The notes: generated by a model from the sequence alone, not told the origin. 64,000 bases of DNA from Paraphysomonas bandaiensis (GCA_965644295.1 CBFFRP010000293.1:1-64000); one strand, 5' to 3'; positions 23,401 through 35,029 are shown, counted from the first letter of the stretch. A program made the numbers and translations.

Positions 23401-24304
23401 AATTTAAGTACACAGCGATATCTGCTGAAAAATTCGGTCTAACGGAATTCTCGTCCTTCGTTCGGAAGCTGACTCGGGTTATCTTAGACCTGGCACACAC
23501 ATCACACAAACACTGATTTTTGTGTACCTTGGCTGTGAGGTGTTTCCGTTTCAACCCTGTACCCATGATGAGCATCCTCTTATGTGCCTCTACTAAAGCA
23601 TGTTTGTTGAAGTGACCCGCTCTCCGATGCAGCAACTCCAGCTCGTCCTCACCAGTCCTATCGCTAAGATTTACTTCACAATTACTCGGTGTAGACACAT
23701 CTGGAAGCTCCAACAGCTGCTGAGTTGGAACTGCAGTCATTCCATTCTTCATGGGTCCCTCCAGTACCAGTTCACCAGTATTACAGTCATAAATTTGGAT
23801 CCCATACCACACCGTGAATCGATAGCCCATTTCGTTCAGCTTACGTCCGGAGCACAGGCATCGATTGATCTGATCTGAAATTTCTATGTCTCTCCATGCT
23901 CCACGGGAACCCACACTTGTGATATGAATCTCTGATCCCTTCTTAGAGCCGTTTATCACCTTTGATGTATTCATATGAGTGTCAAGCATGGTCACATCAT
24001 TCATCAAGAACATTGATGATGAACAGCAGGTGTCAATATATGTATAATGCATGTCATCATTTACACTACATATATTCGTTTCATGTATATTGCATGACAA
24101 TTTCATAACATCCTCGATCATATTTGCTTCATCTTCATCAGAGAATTCTGCTGGTTCTCCACGCCGTATATTCTCTACTGTCAGTAGCCTTTTGTCCGGC
24201 TTCCTACCATGATTCTTCCCTTTCTCTCCTCTTCTAGAATGCTTTTTCTTCGTCGTTGGACAATCAGCAGCAAGATGTTCCAGAGAGACTTGCAATTTCT
24301 GCAT
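20459..24304 (-). CDS. pol: Copia pol portion (PR, IN, RT, RNase H)
   Basis: YIDTCCS (PR); HRRAGH...CDVC and SADI/HADG/IEER (IN); KARLVA and LIYVDD (RT); FSDSDWAGD, RSKHIDIKYH and ADIFTK (RH). Confidence 0.95.
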   Translation of the reverse strand: MQKLQVSLEHLAADCPTTKKKHSRRGEKGKNHGRKPDKRLLTVENIRRGEPAEFSDEDEANMIEDVMKLSCNIHETNICSVNDDMHYTYIDTCCSSSMFLMNDVTMLDTHMNTSKVINGSKKGSEIHITSVGSRGAWRDIEISDQINRCLCSGRKLNEMGYRFTVWYGIQIYDCNTGELVLEGPMKNGMTAVPTQQLLELPDVSTPSNCEVNLSDRTGEDELELLHRRAGHFNKHALVEAHKRMLIMGTGLKRKHLTAKVHKNQCLCDVCARSKITRVSFRTKDENSVRPNFSADIAVYLNCPARGGERYVLKITHHASKMFWATGLVHRTGEAILEVFKELFRGDVRRYKLKMEHYHADGARELISEELRQYLRTQECYQHTWSSTDSPEMNAIEERKFRTAGEMTLAMLIQSGLPPQFWLDAYMAARYILIRLPTKTDKGYMSPIEFLTGEPPNLRYLRVWGCRTYVLSPKADRRKDWEDKALVGYLMGYSDEKVGYHVYLPESNKVVTTVHILTDESTPSRSEKYFAEIDALRVREAARPKLASDYVSLEGTYHIDDEDGLLYKTTRVVERKGVIVAYRSLVTAGREHIEHRVPIHVEDVVRMTAETPGNTGYIGKGDALSTTPARELDQGRPGGFQESPDPTCQQTVVRLQTLTDHGSGDASGAPPTPQDLRAQDEQGMGSYITTRRPIELDGDGRVRRKRLQRRLANASVLGEINMVEVPDACTVNFKHAEFQHDDFKTPDSYAEAERSPQYMKWREARKVEKTSLLKRRVLKIVRTPRGVKLVRAKYVHTVKRDLLGNVVKYKARLVALGNLQEKTEEEQSTFAPVVKGITIRLVLAIAFMFHMHVHQLDVSSAFCYADLEEDVYMAPPPDEELPAGWCFQLIKALYGLRSSPRQWNKHIDKFIKSLHFTACILDTCLYMRWSNGQLHLLLIYVDDIIIASADLTYLESVKRRFCETFEMHDLGVCKRFLNIRITRGEDWYMLDQSEYAKNIVKKFSSFMGKSSKNKETPLPTNVQDLLAEQRELTEEQKQWVESFPYRGIIGAVLHLAIHTRPDLAYAVGLLARFSTSPTYATCRLAIHLLKYLRGTVDKGIRFSGSEFDLHVFSDSDWAGDRMTRRSTTGYIVFLCAGALAWQSKLQTTVATSSMESEYMAEYAALQELVWLRGVFKELGLLVAKPTPFFMDSKSAKDLSENPVYHKRSKHIDIKYHWIREHVNGKFPTAKLIHVSTDDMAADIFTKALSTKIFSRHEKTITGVKRSVSNSVEEQQKKRPRRG

Positions 24305-25218
24305 CCCGTGTATTCAGCACTTCCAGGACGCTGCCCTGATATCTCTCCATCCTTCTTCCTCTGCTTCCTCCTGCACTGTTCAGTTGAATGGCTATGAGGA
24401 ATTCCTTCTTTCCTGCAATATCTACAGTTGCCCTTCTTACGCTTATCCCGTTCCGTTCGAGACCGTTTGCTCTTTTCAATGAAATTCAGCTCCTCCACCT
24501 TCTTGCGTTTCCGCTCTAACGCAATCCTTCCAGGAATGGTATCATCATACCGTTCTATCTTCCTTGATAATGTTGCATAATCAACATCATCAGGCATCAA
24601 ATACAAAGCAACATTCAGAGGAGCATATTCTTCATTCAACAGACCTTCTCGTAACCGTGTTATTTTTGAGAGCTCCGATATGTCCTGCTGCTGCTCCTGT
24701 AGCTCTTTCAGCAGTATTTCAAACCGTATTATATAGTCCTTCGCAGTCTCCTCCGGACGCATACGGAAAGAGCCATACTGAGTCAACAGTTCACTGATCT
24801 TGTTTTGCTTCCCTCCAGCAAAGCACTTCTTCAACTCATCAATCATAATATGCGCCTTAAACCTGTTGCTTCCTTTTCCATCAGCCTTGAACCCTTTATG
24901 TAGAAGATGGAATTTCTGAAGCGCCTTCGAAGATGTTTGCACTGCCTCTCTGCAGTACGAATACGCTATGGCATTCGCCTTCCAGTACTTCTTCACAGCC
25001 TGTCTGTAAGACTTTTCCTCCATTAACGTGAGTGGCTGTTCCCCAAAGTCGCTTTCCTTCGGTGGTGGCTCCACCGCTACTTCACTTTGCTCTTTCCTCA
25101 TGAGGAATGTTTCGAAGTCCTCAATCCATTGTTCAACATTGCTCTCATTAAACTGTGGCACTACTCCTCTATCCTCCTTCTCTCCTCCTCGCTCGCTACC
25201 ATGTTGAGAAACGCTCAT
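24181..25218 (-). CDS. gag: Copia gag portion, separated from pol by an apparent 2-bp frameshift
   Basis: Gag-like ETAKDYIIRF motif and zinc knuckles. The second knuckle, CRNCKSL/EHLAADC, is split between frames. Confidence 0.85.
   Translation of the reverse strand: MSVSQHGSERGGEKEDRGVVPQFNESNVEQWIEDFETFLMRKEQSEVAVEPPPKESDFGEQPLTLMEEKSYRQAVKKYWKANAIAYSYCREAVQTSSKALQKFHLLHKGFKADGKGSNRFKAHIMIDELKKCFAGGKQNKISELLTQYGSFRMRPEETAKDYIIRFEILLKELQEQQQDISELSKITRLREGLLNEEYAPLNVALYLMPDDVDYATLSRKIERYDDTIPGRIALERKRKKVEELNFIEKSKRSRTERDKRKKGNCRYCRKEGIPHSHSTEQCRRKQRKKDGEISGQRPGSAEYTGCRNCKSLWNILLLIVQRRRKSILEEERKGRIMVGSRTKGY
25190..25201 (-). promoter_or_regulatory. Primer binding site, initiator tRNA-Met type
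   Basis: TGGTAGCGAGCG directly after the 5' LTR. TGGTAGC is the complement of the ...GCUACCA end typical of tRNA-iMet. Confidence 0.8.
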
Positions 25219-25495
25219 TTTACACTAGATCACAGAGAGAATTTGTCGTAAGACTAGATAGATTTATTAATATCGTTTACACGAAGTTGTGATAACCAAC
25301 ACTAACTCATTATAATCCCTGCATAATATCCTACATATGCGAACCTCTCGTTACTGAACATATCTTGAACGATCAAACTATTTCAGTTTCTCAATATCAT
25401 CACAGCATTTGTACATCACTATATTTCACTGTATTCTCGTACATTGTCTTGAAGTGACATACTGAATATACTAGAATAAGATCCATATTCTAATA
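25202..25495 (-). repeat. Copia-1 5' LTR
   Basis: 294 bp; sense-strand termini TATTAG...CTCAACA. Confidence 0.95.
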
Positions 25496-25766
25496 ACGTG
25501 TAGTATTTTTAAAACAACCTGATGATCATTACTTTGATTTGTACTCAGTGTTCACGCTACATGCAATTCTATCATTCTCTGTTTAAATAGTGGCATCAAA
25601 GTACATCTCTGCTTGGATGGGGTTCTTACGTATAACTGAGCTAGTGTGCAATACCACGGCATACATTTAACAGATCTGCAAGTTTATCTCAATTCTCACT
25701 AAACTGCGCATTCGAGGAAATGACATAAATATTATCGGACCATGTCTTGCAATGTAGAAAAATGTT

Positions 25767-28700
25767 TCATTTTTTCTTATCTCGGTTGGTGAACATCATA
25801 ATTACCATAGCAGTAATTGCGTATCCAAATCCATTCCACATCAGTGCTGCGATGTCGTAGTCAAAATTATCTATATTATACCCGATTTGATCGAGTCCAG
25901 CATCGACATTCATGTAGTCCTCGCCATTTAGAGGGCCAGTGGGAACAGTTTCATAGTATTTCACTTGAGACACATAGAATGCTTCTAGAGCCCATCGAGT
26001 TCCGGATATACGCCATAGCCAGCGAATGCTGTCTGGCAAGTCCCGCACCTCGTTTATGGTGGGGTTTGCTCCAGAAAAACCTACTGCATATAGAAGTGCA
26101 AAAAGGACTCCAGTCAAGAACACATTCTTAGGTGAGGCAATGGAGGACAAAAAGAAACCAAGAGACCAGGCCCACCAGTACATTGCAAAGAAAAGTTCGT
26201 ACAGCTCTCCGGTGCTACCGGTGTTCGGGAAGCGAATCTGAAACGCTAGCCAGAAGAATAGAGCTGCCATAACTATATTAGGCAATTCCACTAACCACTT
26301 GGCAATGAAGTACGGAACCGTTTTAAGTCCTGCGGCAGACTCACGCCAGTAGTTCACTTGCTCGTTACCAAAAGTTCCAGTTGAAATGGATATGGCGGCA
26401 AATATGGTTCCAAAAACGAGAAAATTAGCAGTTCCTTGATAACTATCAACCAGAGGTGATGTACAAGACTCGTGTAAATCTCTAGTCACAGTGCCACAAA
26501 CCACATCTGGAAGTGGCCCCACGTACTGTAGGTCCGTAGAAACAGAGGAAACAACTAACGCAACTCCAAGGTGAATAAGCATCTGGCTCAGGAATGCACC
26601 AAAGCGGCGGTATTTCTGTTTGAAAGCCCGAATAATGCAAACATAAAGCTGACCAAAGAGCCCAGGCGTATTTCTGATATCATCAGTTCTCGTAATTTCT
26701 TTGAATGCTTGTAGCACTACGCCTTTTACATCATAAAAGAATGATGCCACAATACTCGAAAAGAATAAAGCCACAGAATGAAGAAATATACAGAACGCAT
26801 TCGAATTTTGAAGGGGGTTTAATTCTGCAGCAACCCTTTCAGCATGTTCCGCGGAGTGTACCGTTACACTCACAGTTCTCCCTCCTATAGCGGTATTAGT
26901 GCGTGATCGAGGGCGCTACAACATAAGTTGCTTTTAGACGCACATTCCATGCAAGTAAATACAAAACACATACCTGAGCTCCACCCTCAGGATCTTGCAA
27001 AAGAGTGTCTTTCATATTACCCGTAGTGCTCTCACTTGTAGCCTCTGGCGGCGCATCCGGTTTATAGTCCAGCGGGCGTCCATTTATCTACATTGGGAAT
27101 TATATGATCTGGATAAAAATGAGAAATATCGTTCGTAAATACCTTGTTGTCCCAAAACCTGAACAAGTCCGAGGGAATGAAATCAGGGTCGTCCTTCCTG
27201 TCAACCGCTCCATTTGCAACATCCAAATAAAAGTCTGCGGGGTTAATGAGACCTTCTGGAATGAATCCAATGGACTCAAAGTATGCAGGAGCCTCGTCAA
27301 TTGAGCCGTGATAAACCACTTGTCCTCCTTTCCCTAGAAGCAAAAGATCGTCGAACTCAAGGAAAGCTTGAATCGAAGGCTGGTGGATAACAGAGGCAAT
27401 TGTCACGCCAGATCTCTTGGCAATGTCTTTGAGCTGTCTTGCCAATACAGCCGACGAAGTCGAGTCCAAGCCACTGGTGGGTTCGTCCTATAAGCAAACA
27501 TTAGAGCTATATACAACCAGGTTGCACTGTTCGCTATTCACATTGAGGTGAACTTACCAAGAAAAGCACACGTGGAAGTGCAACAAGCTCGATACCGATG
27601 TTCACTCTGCTTAATATTAAGTAGGATATGATACAGAGGTGGATACCTTTTTCTCTGCCCACCAGATATGCCTCTCTCTCGCTCATCACCTGAAAGCCCG
27701 AGAATGAGACGGCAGTCGAGACTTTAGACAAACAAACATACCTATTACAGAGTGCTGGACATGGTCGATACCAAGTGACAGTAGAGTTTCGTTGACGACC
27801 GCGTCTTTCTCTTCTCTGCTCATCTCAATGGGAAGCCTGTAGGAGGCAGAAAACTCGATATTGTCCCGTACAGACAATTGTCTAATCATGACGTCTTCTT
27901 GTGGCACAAAACCTACAAGTTTTTTCCACCTACACACAGGCACGTTCATCTTGTGAGGCGCTGATGTGCACACTTATATAATTTTGTACTTGGAAAGGTC
28001 GTCAACAATCTCTCCATTCACTTTTATGATACCCTCCGTCTTGGCTGCTTTACCGGTAACAAGGTTAATTATAGTAGTTTTGCTAACACAAACCCATCAG
28101 CCATATAATAAAAGTAGTGAAGTCATACCCTGCCCCAGATGGCCCCATGATTGCACAAAGTCGCTTTGGCTTGAACTGTCCAGTCACACCTTTCATAATC
28201 TGCACTCCGGAGGGGAGTATGAGGCCGACATCATTGAACTCAATTAAATATGTCATGTCCTGTTTACTTAGCTGTCGTTCTCCAACAACTGAACCATCCT
28301 CAGAAGATGTTATGGACATCTGTTGAGGCGAGGAAGGAGTTTTCCGGTTCATGGAAGGCTGCTGGACAGAGTCCTCAGGTATGGTTTCTGATACACCAGA
28401 AAGACGTGAGCTTCGCCGTACTAGGGGACGAACACCCTCTGCAACACTCATCCGATCAATAGCGGCCGGAGATAACTCCTCCACAGCAGTCATAATGTTT
28501 TCCCCTTCCTTCCCTCCTTCTTTTGCCTGTACAAGCATCAAATTCTCGGCCTCCTTCACCTTGGACTCGATATAATACTTTATCAAAAAGGCCCCATAGA
28601 GGACAACTGCGATTACAAATATACTAATAAGCGCACCACTCCTGTTAGAATCCTCTGAACCAGCTGGACAACTTCCCTTGCTACCACACTCTAGGCCCTC

Positions 28701-29169
28701 AACATAACCTGTTTTGCAGAAATATCCCTCCTTGCACTCTTCGATCACTGACGGCGTCACACAGAAGTGCTAAGAAATGAGTGAAAACGTCAGCAAATGA
28801 GATAACCACTTCAAAAAGGCATACCCCTTTGCAGCAATAAGACGGAGTTAACGTATTCTCGGGGCAATAGAATCCTGCAGCAGAGATCATACCATGAGGC
28901 CATTGGTCTGTACATTACACACCAGGAGTACAGGGGCACTGCAGCTCTCCATCGCTCGACCGTACAGTGCAGTTAGCAGCTGTGATAGCCGCCATATTGT
29001 CCTGAATCTGGTCCGAATTGTAGCCAGGACAGTAATATCCAGCAGGGCAGGTGAGATTTCCATCTGTCTGCTGACACTTGCAGGAGGATGAGGTAGCTCC
29101 TGGACACACCACTGTCACAGCTGCCGATAGGCGCAGACACACCAGAGAAATAACAACAAATACTTTCAT
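25767..29169 (-). CDS. ABCG half-transporter with Cys-rich extracellular N-terminus (ADP1/ABCG24-28-like; multi-exon)
   Basis: Signal peptide and CPAGYYCP-type repeats; Walker A GPSGAG/KTT; GFVPQED; SGGQRKRV; FLDEPTSGLD; IHQP; C-terminal TMD. Confidence 0.92.
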
Positions 29170-29250
29170 TGAGATTCTACCAATATCAAGACAATGGAGT
29201 GAATGACTCTTGTGCAATCTACCCTTGCAAAGGATCTTTCCACAAGAAAG

Positions 29251-29817
29251 TATGTATGCATGTATGTATGTATGTATGTATGTATGTATGTATGTATGTA
29301 TGTATGTATGTATGTATGTATGTATGTATGTATGTATGTATGTATGTATGTATGTATGTATGTATGTATGTATGTATGTATGTATGTATGTATGTATGTA
29401 TGTATGTATGTATGTATGTATGTATGTATGTATGTATGTATGTATGTATGTATGTATGTATGTATGTATGTATGTATGTATGTATGTATGTAGGTATGTA
29501 GGTATGTAGGTATGTATGTATGTATGTATGTATGTATGTATGTATGTATGTATGTATGTATGTATGTATGTATGTATGTATGTATGTATGTATGTATGTA
29601 TGTATGTATGTATGTATGTATGTATGTATGTATGTATGTATGTATGTATGTATGTATGTATGTATGTATGTATGTATGTATGTATGTATGTATGTATGTA
29701 TGTATGTATGTATGTATGTATGTATGTATGTATGTATGTATGTATGTATGTATGTATGTATGTATGTAGGTATGTATGTATGTATGTATGTATGTATGTA
29801 TGTAGGTATGTATGTAT
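29251..29817. repeat. (TATG)n microsatellite, ~570 bp
   Basis: About 140 near-perfect TATG units with a few TAGG variants. Confidence 0.99.
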
Positions 29818-29878
29818 TGGATCGTATCAGTTTAAGGTTTGGTATAGTTGTTCATCAAGTTGTTTGGTCTTTTGTTTA

Positions 29879-31220
29879 ATGCCACCAAAGGAAAAAGTCG
29901 TGGCAGCTGCTAGTGCACTGAAGAAAACTGCATCTGCAATTCCTCGCACCCCTATTGTCCCGGCTGATGTCCCTCCTAACGGGTGTAAGATAGTGTGCTG
30001 GAATGTCGCGGGGTTGAGAGGGACACTTAAGAATTCACCTGATATATTCAATAGTATAGTGGCCCAGCACGACCCGCATATAATCTGCTTGCAAGAGACT
30101 AAAATACAGACCTCTCATGAGGGGGATTTCGATCATATTCTTCCCCAGTATACGAAATACTGGGCATCATCCACAGCGAAGAAGGGATACGCCGGCACTG
30201 TAAATTAATAATTTATTTTGTGGTAGTCGTATATAATTTTTTTCGTCAGGCTGTGTTTGTGAAGACGTCCCAGAGCTTGCACGATAAGACTGTAAGTGGC
30301 AATGGTAAGAGCCAATCCACCCTTACGTCCATGTGGAAGAAAGGCACGAAAAAGAGAAAACTTGAGAACGCAGATGATTCAAAAGCTGATAATGGGGAAG
30401 AAAAGAGTGCGGGTATTGACTCCCTTTCTGTCCCCCTCGCAACAGATCTGCAAGTCCAGGAGGTTACGTATGAGTTACCTGATAGTCGTTTCTCAGGTAC
30501 CATTTTCAGATATACCTCATGGAAATAGTCGACAATTACATTGTGTGCAGGTGAAGGTCGAACTATCACTGTGGAATTTCCTCGATTTTTTCTGGTCAAC
30601 TGCTATGTCCCTAACTCTGGCCAGAATCTTGAACGACTGGACTACCGAACCACGGAATGGTAAATCTCTTGTAACGTCATTTTTATGTAGTTGACTCTGT
30701 ACTCTCTTCTCAGGGATCCGTACATGTACGAGTACCTGAAGTCCCTAGAGACCCGGAAGCCGGTTATATTTACTGGTGACCTTAATGTCGCACATCTTGA
30801 TTTGGATATCCATAACCCTACTGCCAAGCATATTGTGAAGCAGGCCGGCTTAACTCCACAAGAGAGAGCGTCATTTGGCTCGCTCCTTGCAACGGGGTTC
30901 CAAGACTCCCTTCGTTTTTACTACCCAAGTATGCTGTTCAAGTTAGATATTCTTGCATGTGCTCATGACTGATAGGTCACGAAGGACAATTTACGTATTG
31001 GTCAATACGCACAAACGCCCGCCCGGTTAATAAAGGACTCCGTCTTGATTATTTCATGTGCTCTAAATCTATGTTTCCACCCATTCCTGATGCAGGGATA
31101 GAAGAACTGGACAGAATGACGGTGCCCGTCCCGGGTGTTGTAGACTCATACATAATCCACGAAGGCACGGAGGGGTGCAGCGATCATTGCCCTGTCGCGC
31201 TTGTTTTGAAGCTACAGTGA
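29879..31220 (+). CDS. AP endonuclease / exodeoxyribonuclease III family (multi-exon)
   Basis: WNVAGLR, LQETK, GEGR, YVPNSG, GDLNVAH, FTYWS, RLDYF and SDHCP motifs across spliced exons. Confidence 0.93.
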
Positions 31221-32292
31221 AGTCGCAAAAGCTGCAATGGTATGAAATGTAATAATTTCTTGTTGTAACGTACTATGTTAGATTAACCTTAACGCTTATG
31301 TCTTAGTAATAGTAACACGCTTGACCTCGTGATTACGATATACGATGATACATTTGTGGTTTACACGAAATGTGGTGAGTTGATCTCGAAACTTAAGAAC
31401 TACTTTTTTGGGACAGGTTGTTGAGAAAATATATTGTCCGGTTGTATGAGCTATTTCGAAAACAGAATAGATGACCAGCGACATTCATAGTAGTATTGGT
31501 GCGCCGTAAACGTAGAATCGACTTTGCGAAGTTGTAGGTCATAGGAGATAAAACGAGCCGATGAACTAAATATTGATACAAAATCTATGAATTCTTAAGT
31601 CTACGATACTTCAACATCGTTTTCCTGGAGAATTCTTCCGAATGAATTACGCTGTTAAATGTATATAAAAATTAAATTATAGATTTACCTTGCACATATT
31701 TTGCGAATTCCTGACATTGAGTACGAAGTACATGGAATAATGCAAGCAAATATAAGATTCTTTACAAAATGTTTATTATATTTCGACAGTAGGAATGGAT
31801 GATAGATTTACCGCATTAATGACGAATAGGAATGACACAGACTACAGCGCTCAACCGAAATTTATATAGGTATCAAATAAAGACAAAACGGGCATCATTT
31901 TGATGCATTAATATTCACCATGTAGCCTTTACGTATTTGTGGTCTCCAAATACGTCGAAGAAGTACAAAGAAAAAATATGTATACAAGAATAGCTCAATG
32001 CAAAAACTAATGAGCAAAGTATCTGCCTGTACACACCAATAAACTAATCAAAATAGTAAGTATCTAGCATGAGAAATTAATCGACTGGTATATATACCAC
32101 CAGTGTTTGCAATACAAGGCTACATTGTAGGCTTGACATAAGCAAGAAATATAAAAACTAAATAAGCTGTCGGAAAACACCGCGACTCAACCTGGCAAAA
32201 GAAGCTTCCAATAGAAAGACAACCGATTGAGAATGTAAAAATAACTTTGGGGTATTCATATTCGAACTAGGTGCCTTCAGAACTCTTCCGCA

Positions 32293-34090
32293 TTATAACT
32301 CTGGATGAATTCTTCTATTTTCATAGGCGCCTCTACTTTTAACTGATGTATTTTGAGTTTCGTGGAGATATACGGTATGAGAAGAACTAGGAAATACAGC
32401 CACATGTTCTACAGCCATATCTATCATCTTGCTAATGTGACTTGAAACCACTTCAAGTGCATTCTCTTCTTTATCCTTCAATGTATCATCCACAGAGAGG
32501 GTCAATGAATAATAGATATAAGGAGTGACTGGAGGCAGTCCCTCCAAACGAACAGTTTCAGACCGGCGGCATCGACTGGATATCTGCAGTGGAAGTCTCT
32601 CGTAAACAGCGAAGTCCATCAAAATATCACCCTGAGCAATTTCCATAAGGCCCACCGCCAAGTTTATCGCTTTGCCGATAGCCACGTACTCCTTCCTTCT
32701 CTCGGTGCCCACAGCTCCGCAAAATACACTGCCAGTACTAAGGCCGATTGAAACTACATGACCCTGAAGAGAAGCCTCGTTTTTAATCATCAACGCACAG
32801 AGGAGGGCTTTCGAGAAGTTGGATGCATGAGAAGCGGTGGGTACACCCCAAAGTCCTACTAGCATACAGCCTCTGTGGTCAATGGAGAATTGTTGCATGA
32901 ACCCCCCATATGCGTCAAAACTTTTCTGCATGACTACAAAGAAGGGCTGCATACTAGATAGCTCTTCATAATCATGAGTTGTATAATTTTCTAATTTTAA
33001 ACAGAGAGCTGTTACCGATCGAATCTCAGATAAAACACACAGTGCATTCGTGGCAACTGCATTGAGAACAGGGAGTGGGATACAGCTATATACTGCTAGT
33101 TCAGCGTCCGAATTCACTACACGTGATATATCTATGCCCTGTTTTCTTATGGTATATCCGAAATTAACCATCTGCTGTAGGATGTATTATTCAAACACAA
33201 AAAAATGCGTACAAACTAACCGTAAACATACACCGAATGGTATGTAGAGACAGCGAGAGTTTTTTCCTGTAAATTCGAACAGGTGTATCGGAAGATTTAG
33301 GGCATTGGCACGCTGGACACCCGACAACAACATCTTTAACAGAATTATAGACTTCAAGGGTGACGAGAAGATCATTTTCCCGAGACGAATCTAAACACCT
33401 CCCTGCGGTATCAATGCATGTACCGTTCATACAAAATCTGCAGCGGCCATTGTAGCCTCCCAACATTGCAAAACATATTCGTCCCCTCGAAATACCTACT
33501 TGCGTACCAATTTCTAGTTTACAATTAGCCACTGCAAGACCACAGAAAACAGCCTTGACTGTATAACAGAAGGTATCAGTTTCCTCATGCGGCAAGAAAA
33601 CACACACCAATGAGTTGTTGGTGAATTCTATCACTAAAGCAAATATTATCATTAAAGCGACAGCAAATACAATATAATTAACACGAACCATCTCCTCTAT
33701 ATGAGTAAACCAAATCCACAATAGCGCTCACACAATTATTTGTGAGTACTCTCAATTGATCGATTCCAGAAGGGCCTCGCGAGCTGAGTTTGTTTGAAAG
33801 AGCAACAAGACCTGACAGCTTGACTATCATACAGCACCCATCAGAGTAGAAAGAGTTCCCTGGACGAGGAAACTTATCAAAATGTCGGACAAAGAAAGGC
33901 GAACACTGATGCAACGCCTCCAATGATTTAACTGATAACATGAGGACCAGACCAGGTAAGTTACCCAACAGTTGTTGGACAGCCGGGACAATTAGAATGC
34001 GGCGTGGTATTAACTGCCGCGTTTCTTTGTGTCAGCAGTGCGTCCATATGTTTGGGTTTCCTTGTCGTCACTGATGTGGGAATGTCTTCC
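32293..34090 (-). CDS. Soluble adenylate cyclase (ADCY10-like) two-domain class III cyclase homologue, catalytically degenerate; ends uncertain
   Basis: KLSGLVALSNKL...GIDQL; VGISRG...LGG; LWGVP; VSIGLSTGSVFCGAVGTERRKEYVAIGKAINLA. Canonical metal-binding Asp motifs are altered. Confidence 0.7.
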
Positions 34091-34350
34091 TATCCCATCC
34101 AACAGCAACGTGGGCAGGTCACTGTACACTCGTATAATCCTTCCTGGACACTGCTGTACACTGCTGTACATCTATCCACATATGGTACTGTACTGTACTG
34201 TACAGTCACAGGGTACGATAGCCTATCCCGCTGCTCTGTATACCTGCTGTATACTGTGCCATATACAGCAGTATACCAGGCGGGGCCGGATATCTAGCGG
34301 GGTGCACGAAACATCTTCCTGTTGACTGAGGGACGAGTCGAGATGAGGCA

Positions 34351-34500
34351 GGAGCACTGCAGCACAAGAGGAGCGGTGCAGGAAGGAGCACTGCAGGACA
34401 AGAGGAGCGGTGCAGGAAGGAGCACTGCAGCACAAGAGGAGCGGTGCAGGACAAGAGGAGCGGTGCAGGAAGGAGCACTGCAGGACAAGAGGAGCGGTGC
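34351..34500. repeat. Minisatellite with a 34-bp unit
   Basis: GGAGCACTGCAG(C/G)ACAAGAGGAGCGGTGCAGGAA about 4 times, plus one extra 19-bp subunit. Confidence 0.9.
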
Positions 34501-35029
34501 TGTTGACGCCATCGCTCTTATTCTAGTAGAAAGAAGAGTCTTGCGGCTACATATATATATATATTCGGGCTACATCAACCGCTGATATGTACGTTAGTAC
34601 TAAACAGCTAACACAGTCTGCTGAGAGTGTCAGCCATTCGCTATCTCTTTATTTGGCAGACCTCCCTATAATTTTTGGTGCAGTACGATGTATGCGTATC
34701 AATAGGGTGACAGGCTGACTATCCATGTGGTTCATACGGTGCATGTGGTTTAGGAATCAATCGACTTGAATCATTCCCTTGTATCAAACTATAGGTGTGT
34801 GAGTCGTGAAGGAGAATAGGCGCTGTTGTATATTCTGAGTGTATAACGTATATCAATGATTTATCTGAAGATCACTCGCGGCTTGCTTGTGTTTCTAGCA
34901 GTGTGTACACACTGGTTTCTACCGAACGGTGTTTTTGTTTTGCCTACTGGCTGGCACTTTAGGCTTGCTTTTCACATCGAGCTACTTTCTTTAACAACTG
35001 GTTTATTTGAGCACCTTGAGCCACAACAA

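Larger units (their letters stand above)
19986..25495 (-). mobile_element. Ty1/Copia LTR retrotransposon, full length, recent
   Basis: Two 294-bp LTRs with no differences seen. 5-bp TSD ACGTG (19981-19985, 25496-25500). PBS, PPT and PR-IN-RT-RH order. Confidence 0.97.

Noticed and set aside
29169-29879. ORFs encoding (MYVC)n
   Set aside because: Translation artefacts of the TATG microsatellite.
34351-34500. CRISPR-like array
   Set aside because: Contiguous tandem units without unique spacers, in a eukaryotic context with no cas genes.
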